Source: Candidatus Poseidoniales archaeon
GTDB lineage: Archaea > Thermoplasmatota > Poseidoniia > Poseidoniales > Poseidoniaceae
Length of the DNA: 50,426 nt
Assembly (NCBI GenBank): GCA_003602645.1
Contig: QQSI01000017.1
Span: 24,040 to 74,465 of the forward strand
Direction of reading: 5' to 3'
Shown piece after piece: positions 35,285 through 43,688 of the stretch. The position numbers were made by a program, and so were the translations under genes. Position 1 is the first letter of the stretch. The number at the start of each line of letters is the position of its first letter. The notes under the pieces were generated by a model, which was not told where the DNA came from, ran no database searches, and was given only the letters and a program-made list of their open reading frames with translations.

Positions 35285-38200
35285 TCAATCTTGTGACGTT
35301 TCAGCATGTGCATTGACTTGTTCTTGGTAGTACACTTGCAACTGGTCCATCGACCATCCTTGGTCCAAGTAGGTGCGAACCATTGCCTCGTCCCAGCCAG
35401 GAACCCTTGCGAGATCGGCTTGAGTGACTTCAACTGCCGTTGCATCATCTGTCGAGCCGCTGCCGTCGAGGACTGGAGTTTGCCATCCGTCGGTCGAAAC
35501 CGGTTCAGCAGCGAGGGCGTCGTGCTGTGCCGCATTCAGAGTGATCAAATCCTTTGTTTCTTCAGCTTCCTGTTCGATTGAACGAAGGATTTTGAAGGCA
35601 CCAAAAGCCAGGATTACACCAGCAAGCATGAGCATGAGCATCAAATTTGAGCCCAGATTCGTTTCATCGCTGGCACTTGGTGTGGACTTGGCCAATCGCT
35701 GTTCTGTCGAGCAGCCTTCGACGTTCACCGACAAACCAGCGTCTGTGTTTGGACAGGTATCATCGGCGTTGATGACTCCATCAGCATCATCGTCGAGAGA
35801 GCCATTGTCCACTGGAGTGGTTGTGCCACTCGCATCATCAATGCCCCCGAGGTCGCACCCAAGAACTTCTGATTCATTGACGCCATCGTTGTCGGCATCT
35901 GCAAGCAACAGGGCATCTCCGGGGTAGACATCTGCTATGGTCGGGTCGAGCGCTGTTGACTGAGCCCATGCGACTTCAGTGCCATCAGGGATACAATCTC
36001 CGTCGGTATCTGCGTTGGTTGGGTGGCTGCCAAGGTCGTATTCCAATTCGTTCGAGAGTCCGTCACCATCAGCATCGTACAAGCCCTCCATCATGTTCGG
36101 TCCAGGGAGTGTTCTTGTGGTTCGGTTGAGGCCATTCGCCACTTCCCAAATATCAGGCAATCCGTCTTGATCTGTGTCCGTGACATTATCGAGGCGGTTC
36201 CAATCATCGAACCATGCCATTCGGAACGGTGCAGCAACTTCTGCAGAGGTGAGCACTACGCCCATCTCTCGGTTGCGGTTGACCGCAGAGTTGCCCCAGT
36301 TGATTGATGAAATCAGGACGGTTTCCTGGTCGATGATGAGGCCCTTGTTGTGCAGCTTAGACACATCATCATCTTCACCCATAACGACCGCTGCAACATC
36401 AAGACCATCGCTTGAGTTCCATACTTCGTTGAAGGTGTCCACAACGTCTTGTATATCCTGGTCCAAGTAGGCGCCATTGATGATCAAACGAACGGATACG
36501 CCATCTTCGGCTGATTGACGAAGAGCAGTGAATATTGGATTGTCTCCCCAGCCCCACGACCAGTCCATGTCTAGGTATTGTAAGGACAAGAGCAATTCAT
36601 CCTCTGCACTTCCAATCAATTCAACCAACCCTTCGATGCAGTTGTCCGGGCAGGTGAGCAGTTCTCCATTCACGGTTGCAGTGATGGGGGATGCACGGTC
36701 GCCGTCAACCGGGGTTGCCGCCGGCATGTTCCAACCATTTGGCTCGTCTGAAGCGGATGCAGGTGTGATGTGCTGTCGCAATGGTTCCTCATCGAAGGCC
36801 ATTTGTTGAAGAACGATGGTTGCAAGTTCGACGTTTTCGATCAATGCACCCCAGTCCATGTTTCCACGGACTCCTGGTGCAGGCATTGAGGAGTTTTTCC
36901 AATTTCCTGAGGAAATCCAAACGCTGGTTCCGTCGCGAACGGCTACCTTGCTGTGAATGTAAGCATAAGGCTCGTCGCCCCCATCACCGAACCAGTATGT
37001 GGTGACACCAGCCTTGACAAGTTCACTCGCGATGCCGTATTGGTTGATCATGTCAAAGTTTGACCAGAAGCCTTGAGACCCTGCATCAAGCACCACAGTG
37101 ACATCGACGCCACGGTTCTGTGCGTCGATTAATGCCTGAGCCAACCGCGGTTCTGAGAGTTGGTACACATGGACATTGAGGCTGGTTGTCGCCCCTTCAA
37201 TCCAATCGAGGACGTCAAGCAGACCATCGGTTGGGCCAATCAAAGGCGTGACGATGGATTCTCCAGAGAAATCTTGGTCCTCACAGAAGGTGCTTCCGCC
37301 AAGGCGTCCCCAGCGCTCGTGCCAGTCAACAACTTGGTCGGTGTCATCAAGCAATCCGCATCCATCACCGCGGTGATAGATGATGAGGTCGATGCCCGTT
37401 GTAGGCTCGACCAAACTGATGCCACTCCAACCCTGGACATCGACCGGACCGTTGCCGTATACGATGGTATCGGCAAGGGCTCCAGATGGGCCCATCACAT
37501 GGAGTGCTGCTCCGTCATTCGGAAGCGTTGGTGGATCTGTGAAGGCTGATGCGAACCCTTGGATCATGCCATCCTCGTAGACACTGAGGCCGTTTGGATC
37601 AGCGGCAAAAATAACTGCACTTCCAGCAGGTATGGTGATGTCTGCGAAGGTGAAATCATCAGTGCCACCTGATGTAACTACGCTGAACGTCCACCCGTCA
37701 AGATAAGCGGTGTTCTCGCCCATATTGCTCAGTTCAAAGAATTCAGTGTTTGAGGAAATACTGGTCTTACCTTCGCTCATCAAGCGGGTAAACTTGATGT
37801 CATTAATTTGTGCGAATTGCGAAGCATTTGGCTCTTCTGCTCCCGGACTTGGCCACATTGTGTGCACCCAAGAAGCCGCAGCGTCCGCACCAGGCATCAT
37901 GGTTTGACAATCGCTGACAATGCTCCACTGCACTGTTTCAATCGGGACTCCATCAGGGTTGGAAAGAGTAAACGAATCTCCGAGACCAGTCAGCATGGAT
38001 TTATCCATCAAGAACACAGCGCGTGCTCCAGGCTGGACAAGTGTTGCGTCCCACCCTTCAGTGGCGTTCCACATTGAATCGGCTCGAATGAACCGTCGAT
38101 CTTGATCTATGGTATCAATTCGCCAGCGACTAAGGTTGAGCACATCATCGCCCGTGTTTTTGAATTCAATCCAGTCTTCAAGCGGTTCAATTGAATCATC

Positions 38201-40213
38201 ATCGCAAGAGGCAAGAACTTCAGTAACAATGACGCTTTCTGACTCGGTGTAGACGGGCCAAACTGGGTTGATTTTCCCGGGGCTGACCCAAGCAGAAAGC
38301 AACCACTCTGCACCAGTTCCTGCGCTCGTCCCGTTAGGGCCAGCGCCAGCATGGGTGCTGTTTGGTGCGATGAGGGATTCACCTTCAACAGTGGAAGACC
38401 AGCCGATAGTGTCCATCACCGCACCAGTGGCGTCCACTAATCCAATCGAGTCGGGTGTGGTGTGCTTGAGGTAGAAACTGCTGGTTCCGTTGAGGGCAAT
38501 TAAAGCGACCCCGCCGGGTTGAATCACCGATGTCGATTGAAGTGGCATGTTATACTGGTGCAGGGTTAATGTTCTGCTTGCAGCCTGAAGTTTCCAGCCT
38601 CCAACATCGATGGCTTGGTCGCCTTCATTCTTGAGTTCCAACCATTCGCCAAGAGGCCATGGTTGAGAATCGCTGCCGATGCCATCTGGCATGACTTCTG
38701 AAAAGAAGACATTACCTGTGTTGTCCATTGCGCCGGGCTCAGGTTGACCAGGCGTCATCCACGGTGATGGTACCCACGGGTCCGTTGGATTTTCTGCTGG
38801 AATAAGCGAAACATTTCCTCCGTAATCAGTGGCGTACCAAGCAGCGTCAACGATGCTTCCTGTTGCATCTGCAAGCATGAGATGATTGTAAAAATTCCAT
38901 AGTTCTGTCCCCGTGGTAAATTGAACAATTCTTCGGCCATCTGCTTCAATGATGGCGCCAGCTTGCGTGTCATTGCTGACGAGCGTTGCTGGGTCCAATA
39001 AGGTTACATTGCCCATGCCGTCGATGATGGACCAGCCACTCAAATCGATGTCAGTTGGACCATCATTGAACAGTTCTAACCATTCTCCATCTGGGAATGG
39101 TGTTCCATCTGCGGAACTGTTTGAAAGCAATTCTGTCATTTTTAGAGGCGAAGTGGCCGTCACAATCTGGTCGAGTTGAGGTGGGTTCGGTGCGTTTGGC
39201 GTTGGGTATGCAGCGTAGACCATGTAGGTCGAAGATTGGTCGTTGACCAGTGAGAATCCTGGTTCGTTATCGGTCCATGCGACCTGTTCAGAGATGCTCC
39301 CATTGGGCCATTTTAGGTCGAGGGCTTCGACTCCATTATTGAGCATGCTTGATCCTGAACCGTTGACTGCAATGATGCGGGTGCTGCCGGGAGCAATCAT
39401 GTAGCCCGTGCTTGTTGCGTCGACGAGGTGTGATTCATTGAACAACAGCACCTTACCAGCTTGGTCTTGAATGCTCCAACCGGTGAGGTCGATATCGGAT
39501 GAACCAGTGTTGATGACTTCGACCCATTCGCCACCGGGCCACATGTCACCGTCAAAACTTGGCCAAGCATCAGCCATCACTTCGTTGATGTGGAGGTCGG
39601 ATGGGACAATAGTGGGCCCTCCTGTGCCGCTCCCAGTGTTGATTCCACCGGGTGTGGGGTTGTTTGTCGAAACCCAATCGTTGGTTGCACCAGTGGCATC
39701 CTCTTCGAAGCTTACACCGGACGGTGCTCCACTGCTGGAGAAGGTCCACGTTGCTTGGTCAATGTTGACTCCAGATGCGGTGTGCAAGGTCAGGATGTCG
39801 TTGGTGTTGGCAAGATAGAACATGCTGTTGGAAAGTCCGTTGCGTGAGATGACCATGTATTCACCGGGGGAAAGTTCCCATGAAGCAGAATTGTTGGCAT
39901 CGTAATCAACAATTGTGGTGGAGTTGAAGTAGAGCGTTTTGGATGCTTTATTTGTGGCGTACCAACCGAGAACATCAACGGTTGTGTTCCCGCTGTTGAA
40001 CACTTCAAACCACTCGCCGCCCGGCCATGCTGCATCGTCATATCCATTGGGGTTTGGCAAGGCTTCGTTGAGGCAGATGTCACCTGAGCAGGCTGTCGAA
40101 CGAGCCGATGTCATCACCGGGGTTTGGTCATCAAGGTCAATGGTGACAACGGTTCCAACCGTGGAAAAAACCAACAGAAGCGCGAGCAGGACGGGGCGGA
40201 GTTTAGAGATCAT
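35285..40213 (-). CDS. Giant surface protein (1642 aa): signal peptide, 6 lamin-tail domains, dual-HKD phospholipase-D/nuclease-superfamily domain, TSP3-like Ca-binding repeats, TM anchor, cytoplasmic tail
   Basis: AGGTGA SD 5 nt before the ATG. Six repeats of the LTD signature (xNEvl...GEW[FVL]E[VL]xN...D[LV]xGW). HKD1 YIHSKVAVRD...ISSGNW and HKD2 KLHNKGLIID...ISSINW. DxDxDG repeats. TM LMLMLMLAGVILAFGAFKIL. Confidence 0.9.
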   Translation of the reverse strand: MISKLRPVLLALLLVFSTVGTVVTIDLDDQTPVMTSARSTACSGDICLNEALPNPNGYDDAAWPGGEWFEVFNSGNTTVDVLGWYATNKASKTLYFNSTTIVDYDANNSASWELSPGEYMVISRNGLSNSMFYLANTNDILTLHTASGVNIDQATWTFSSSGAPSGVSFEEDATGATNDWVSTNNPTPGGINTGSGTGGPTIVPSDLHINEVMADAWPSFDGDMWPGGEWVEVINTGSSDIDLTGWSIQDQAGKVLLFNESHLVDATSTGYMIAPGSTRIIAVNGSGSSMLNNGVEALDLKWPNGSISEQVAWTDNEPGFSLVNDQSSTYMVYAAYPTPNAPNPPQLDQIVTATSPLKMTELLSNSSADGTPFPDGEWLELFNDGPTDIDLSGWSIIDGMGNVTLLDPATLVSNDTQAGAIIEADGRRIVQFTTGTELWNFYNHLMLADATGSIVDAAWYATDYGGNVSLIPAENPTDPWVPSPWMTPGQPEPGAMDNTGNVFFSEVMPDGIGSDSQPWPLGEWLELKNEGDQAIDVGGWKLQAASRTLTLHQYNMPLQSTSVIQPGGVALIALNGTSSFYLKHTTPDSIGLVDATGAVMDTIGWSSTVEGESLIAPNSTHAGAGPNGTSAGTGAEWLLSAWVSPGKINPVWPVYTESESVIVTEVLASCDDDSIEPLEDWIEFKNTGDDVLNLSRWRIDTIDQDRRFIRADSMWNATEGWDATLVQPGARAVFLMDKSMLTGLGDSFTLSNPDGVPIETVQWSIVSDCQTMMPGADAAASWVHTMWPSPGAEEPNASQFAQINDIKFTRLMSEGKTSISSNTEFFELSNMGENTAYLDGWTFSVVTSGGTDDFTFADITIPAGSAVIFAADPNGLSVYEDGMIQGFASAFTDPPTLPNDGAALHVMGPSGALADTIVYGNGPVDVQGWSGISLVEPTTGIDLIIYHRGDGCGLLDDTDQVVDWHERWGRLGGSTFCEDQDFSGESIVTPLIGPTDGLLDVLDWIEGATTSLNVHVYQLSEPRLAQALIDAQNRGVDVTVVLDAGSQGFWSNFDMINQYGIASELVKAGVTTYWFGDGGDEPYAYIHSKVAVRDGTSVWISSGNWKNSSMPAPGVRGNMDWGALIENVELATIVLQQMAFDEEPLRQHITPASASDEPNGWNMPAATPVDGDRASPITATVNGELLTCPDNCIEGLVELIGSAEDELLLSLQYLDMDWSWGWGDNPIFTALRQSAEDGVSVRLIINGAYLDQDIQDVVDTFNEVWNSSDGLDVAAVVMGEDDDVSKLHNKGLIIDQETVLISSINWGNSAVNRNREMGVVLTSAEVAAPFRMAWFDDWNRLDNVTDTDQDGLPDIWEVANGLNRTTRTLPGPNMMEGLYDADGDGLSNELEYDLGSHPTNADTDGDCIPDGTEVAWAQSTALDPTIADVYPGDALLLADADNDGVNESEVLGCDLGGIDDASGTTTPVDNGSLDDDADGVINADDTCPNTDAGLSVNVEGCSTEQRLAKSTPSASDETNLGSNLMLMLMLAGVILAFGAFKILRSIEQEAEETKDLITLNAAQHDALAAEPVSTDGWQTPVLDGSGSTDDATAVEVTQADLARVPGWDEAMVRTYLDQGWSMDQLQVYYQEQVNAHAETSQD
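35744..36184 (-). repeat. Thrombospondin type-3-like Ca-binding repeats (DxDxDGxxDxxE)
   Basis: DTDQDGLPDIWE, DADGDGLSNELE, DTDGDCIPDGTE, DADNDGVNESE, DDDADGVINADDTCP. Confidence 0.75.
36329..36955 (-). other. Two HxKxxxxD (HKD) catalytic motifs of the PLD superfamily
   Basis: HKD1 HSKVAVRD is encoded at 36932-36955 (His1087). HKD2 HNKGLIID is encoded at 36329-36352 (His1288). Each is followed by IS[SG][IG]NW. Confidence 0.8.
37409..40078 (-). repeat. Array of six diverged lamin-tail-domain (LTD) coding repeats
   Basis: Approximate modules at 39704-40078, 39239-39595, 38774-39145, 38369-38710, 37844-38233 and 37409-37801. Their core motifs are GGEWFEVFNSG, GGEWVEVINTG, DGEWLELFNDG, LGEWLELKNEG, EDWIEFKNTG and TEFFELSNMG. 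Confidence 0.75.
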
Positions 40214-40292
40214 AGACTCACCTATACCCCGACGTGATGGTCAAAGGGCATAGGGCTTGTGCCTGCGAACCATGGTGGATTTTGCCAGCAGT

Positions 40293-41804
40293 TCACAGGA
40301 ATCCTGCGTTGTCAACGAGGTTCTTGAACATCAAAATCATAATCGGAACGAGAATTACGCCCATGGCGTGACTTCGTCGAATGCCAAGGCGAGGTGGTAA
40401 CAATCCAATCATCGTTCCAACAATCAAGACTGACAAGCCAATGAAACCGGTGCTGACGAAGACTAAGGCTCCGACGAACAAAATGACGCTCATGATCATC
40501 TGCTGGAGGGGGATTGCTGCGTGAAGCCGGAGCATTCCCTGGCCAACATAGCGCATTATTGGCATGGACATAAGACCGGCTGCGAGGGTGATCGCCAGAA
40601 GGCGGATGAAGTCAGCAGTCGGCTCGAGGTTGCTCCATGTGTCAACAGGGTACATCGCTTTGAGCGCCAAAGTTGCACCTGAGCGTGAGCGACTAATGAT
40701 GTACAAGAAACCTAGGACGCAGACCGTGACTGCCGTGTTGACCGCAGAAAGAATAGCAATGATTTCCAAATCCTGTTTGGTCTGAGGCCCTTCAACACCA
40801 TCCTCGGATTCTGCTTTTGCAATCTCGAGAAGTTCATCATCGCTCATTTCGGTCAGTCGGCGAGTTTCCCAATCCATTCCATAGCCGGCTTTTCCTTGTA
40901 CTTTCGCAACAACGTTTCGCCCCCCCATCACCAACACGGTGGCTTGGGATGCAGTCATTCCGGGAAGCACGCCCATGGATGCACCTGCCACACCAGACCA
41001 AAAGCAAGGTACGAGGAGTGGCTTTGCAGGCGGTAAATCCCAGTTTTCTTTTTGAGGGGGTAGGTGAGATGTTGTGGCGTAAATATCGAGTAAATTTGCG
41101 ATGCCAAACAGTCCGGCGAGGCCTGGCAGCAACAGACTGGCCCCGGGCATGTTGATCGGCGAACTTGCAGGGAGAGCGGTCGGGCCAATGATGGTCCATC
41201 CAAACAATCCCGCAAGAAGGAAAAATGCAGTTGCAGTGAAAAATCCGGCAAATCGTGAATCAGTACTAAACATCCCACCTGTCAAAGTTTGCAACCACAT
41301 CGGCCAATCAAGCCGGGTGGTTTCAGTGGCCAGCAGCAAGGCAGAAATCACCAAGAGAATGAAGGGAAGCATGGTTCGAAGGGAATCATACCAACCCAAT
41401 TCAGGGCCAAAGGCGATTCGAGCGAGAACAATCAACGGCAAGGAGAGGAACAGACCGAGTTGGGAGCCACGAGCTGACCACGCAACCCCACGAGCAGCGT
41501 TGCCTGAGAGCAGCATGCGGTGGCCCGGCAATAACGACAGGGCTTGGTCCGCATCCGGTGCCCCCATGAGCGCTGATGGGATGTAATTGAGGAACGTGTG
41601 CACTGTTCCTGTCGATACAATGATTCCAGCAACGGCGGAAAGTGGGATGCCCAATGCCAACAAACTTGGTGACAACGCTAACAGAATCAACGCCACATTG
41701 TTGACGTGGAACCCGGGAATGATGCCCGTTAAGGAGCCCATGAACACTCCAAAGAACAGAGCGAAGAGCATCCACCCAAGTTCGTAAAAATAAGCGTCCA
41801 ACAT
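40293..41804 (-). CDS. TctA-family (DUF112) transporter large-subunit-like permease
   Basis: 503 aa, about 12 TM. The N-terminal G-rich helix GVFMGSLTGIIPGFHV and a second-half duplicate GVAGASMGVLPGMT are characteristic of TctA. GAGGTGG SD lies inside the upstream gene end. No tctB or tctC is nearby. Confidence 0.7.
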   Translation of the reverse strand: MLDAYFYELGWMLFALFFGVFMGSLTGIIPGFHVNNVALILLALSPSLLALGIPLSAVAGIIVSTGTVHTFLNYIPSALMGAPDADQALSLLPGHRMLLSGNAARGVAWSARGSQLGLFLSLPLIVLARIAFGPELGWYDSLRTMLPFILLVISALLLATETTRLDWPMWLQTLTGGMFSTDSRFAGFFTATAFFLLAGLFGWTIIGPTALPASSPINMPGASLLLPGLAGLFGIANLLDIYATTSHLPPQKENWDLPPAKPLLVPCFWSGVAGASMGVLPGMTASQATVLVMGGRNVVAKVQGKAGYGMDWETRRLTEMSDDELLEIAKAESEDGVEGPQTKQDLEIIAILSAVNTAVTVCVLGFLYIISRSRSGATLALKAMYPVDTWSNLEPTADFIRLLAITLAAGLMSMPIMRYVGQGMLRLHAAIPLQQMIMSVILFVGALVFVSTGFIGLSVLIVGTMIGLLPPRLGIRRSHAMGVILVPIMILMFKNLVDNAGFL

Positions 41805-41813
41805 TGTTCCACC

Positions 41814-43613
41814 TCACGAGTTAGGGTTGCTGTCTTGCTCCAATTCTGAGCGATCGTCTTCGCCATCCCCGTCGGTGTCTGGGTTGTTGACGTTCATGCC
41901 ATTGGCGCTCTCAAGAGAGTCCGCCACTCGATCACCATCGCTGTCCAATGCGTCAGCACCGTCGAGGGTGTAGACCAGGGACACTTCGTTCGGGTGTTCG
42001 ACCTGACGCAACCGTCCTGACCATGTCATTGAGATGTTTGAGTGGAGGTCATCGGTGCCAATTGGATTGAGGTCGAGGTTGAGTCGAAGGGATTGTGAAG
42101 ATCCATCCCTGTAGAGGAACCAGCCGTCGTCTTCTTGCACGGCTTTTCCGTTGATCAATACATGCGTGTTTTTGGCGTACCCCCACTGAGTGGCGCCGTC
42201 GTCCCAAAGCAGGCTTTGAGGAGCAGGTGGTTCACCCACAAGTTGGTAATTTTGAACCATGAGGCGCATCATCATCTTTTCATCGTCCCATGAAACGGTG
42301 ACGTTGGCAATGAGTCCTTGACCGGATTCAATCCAGTTGGTCCGCGTCGACGGGAACGACATGGCAACTCGCGTTTGGCCAAAAGTGTAGGTCTGGCTAT
42401 CGACAAAATACCCATCGGTGTCCAGTGGTTCAAAGGCGTACTGCATGAAGGTACTGAGTGTGTAGACTTTGTTTGGCGTCTCAAGCATAGAGGCTGGGTT
42501 CGCCGAGAGCATGGCTTGCATGGACATTGCAGTCATGGGGTCGATGAGGTTGGTGCCATTGCCGTTGTTTGCATCGATGCACCACATGCTGCGGTCATCG
42601 TTCCACATCAACCGTCCCGTGGCTTCGTATGCAGAGCCGTTGTATCCATTGGTTTCAGCGTTAGAAATGTCTTCATCGGTTGGTAGGATGCAAATCATGT
42701 TGCCGTTTGGTCCAAAGAGGGTCCACTGATCGTTATTGATTAGGACCGTTCCTGCCATTGAGACCATGCTTCCTGATTCGTAACTCCATGTCGATTCACC
42801 AGCCCATTCAAGTTGGTTAGGTTGGGGTGTATAACCATCGACAAGAATAATTTCAGGCCCCTGAGTCAAAAACGCCCATCGGAGATTGGTTTCTTGGTAA
42901 CTGAGCATACCGGTCACTTCGACTTTGGAATCGGCTTCGATCCACACGCCAGGTGCTGATTGGATGAGCAACTGAAGTTGATGCGCAGCGTTTCCTGGAT
43001 GGTCGGTGATGTAGGCGGAGGTGTAAATTGCATCCTTATTGATCGCTTCGCTGATGAATCCTGTAATGGTGACAATCTCTCCCGAATAGACTTCTGGCTC
43101 AACGGCTAGATCGCTCAGAGTAAGGCGTTGGACTTCTGGTAAACCTGATGACTCCCACCAAATGGCGCCGGCCCCGGTTGATTGAAGGTAGAATCGTCCG
43201 TTGTAATCGACCACGGCCCCCATCACGGTGACGTTGGTACCTATCGGAGGTTTCTCTCCAGTTGAATACCAGCGAACGCTGATGACTCCAGTGTCGTCCT
43301 CAACAACCAAGTCAACTCGGTCTTCACCGCTGCCATACCGGTCCTCAATCCATGAAATGACGGTACCTTCGACCAGAACAGTCTCGCGGTTGTGGTTGAC
43401 CAAATCTTCAACCAAAACCACCTGTGGTTCCCTGACCATGGCGTACCAGTTGAGCGATGCCACCAAGAAAACAGCAAGTGCAAACATCACCCAAAGTTTC
43501 TGACCACGGGTCGCTGGATCATCGTCGGTAATTTTGAGCATGATGTCCTTGAGAGCATCGGCCATGGTGTGGTCAACCCAACTCCAGCCATAGCCGTTTG
43601 CACGGGGGAGCAT
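41814..43613 (-). CDS. N-terminally membrane-anchored protein with three OB-fold-like modules, a beta-rich domain and C-terminal TSP3-like repeats
   Basis: TM KLWVMFALAVFLVASLNWYAMV. OB-like pattern VLVEGTVISWIE...DLVVEDDTGVISVRW...GTNVTVMGAVVDYNGRFYLQ, plus two weaker copies. C-terminus DSDGDRVADS...NPDTDGDGEDDRSE. Confidence 0.65.
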   Translation of the reverse strand: MLPRANGYGWSWVDHTMADALKDIMLKITDDDPATRGQKLWVMFALAVFLVASLNWYAMVREPQVVLVEDLVNHNRETVLVEGTVISWIEDRYGSGEDRVDLVVEDDTGVISVRWYSTGEKPPIGTNVTVMGAVVDYNGRFYLQSTGAGAIWWESSGLPEVQRLTLSDLAVEPEVYSGEIVTITGFISEAINKDAIYTSAYITDHPGNAAHQLQLLIQSAPGVWIEADSKVEVTGMLSYQETNLRWAFLTQGPEIILVDGYTPQPNQLEWAGESTWSYESGSMVSMAGTVLINNDQWTLFGPNGNMICILPTDEDISNAETNGYNGSAYEATGRLMWNDDRSMWCIDANNGNGTNLIDPMTAMSMQAMLSANPASMLETPNKVYTLSTFMQYAFEPLDTDGYFVDSQTYTFGQTRVAMSFPSTRTNWIESGQGLIANVTVSWDDEKMMMRLMVQNYQLVGEPPAPQSLLWDDGATQWGYAKNTHVLINGKAVQEDDGWFLYRDGSSQSLRLNLDLNPIGTDDLHSNISMTWSGRLRQVEHPNEVSLVYTLDGADALDSDGDRVADSLESANGMNVNNPDTDGDGEDDRSELEQDSNPNS

Positions 43614-43647
43614 CGTGACATTCTCCCGAAATGAGCCATTTTTGCGG

Positions 43648-43672
43648 GGTCCACTTTTTTAATGCGTGGACC
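43648..43672. promoter_or_regulatory. Perfect 7-bp inverted repeat flanking a T6AA box in the divergent intergenic region (candidate bidirectional promoter/operator)
   Basis: ggtccac-ttttttaatgc-gtggacc. It lies between the OB-fold gene (ATG 43613, minus strand) and the HD gene (ATG 43689, plus strand). Confidence 0.4.
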
Positions 43673-43688
43673 GAGGGGGTGGTTGGGG

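Noticed and set aside
35306-40253. More than 20 ORFs of 60-170 aa on both strands inside the giant gene region
   Set aside because: All are nested in, or antisense to, a 4.9 kb ORF with repeated domain signatures. They are typical shadow ORFs of a long gene.
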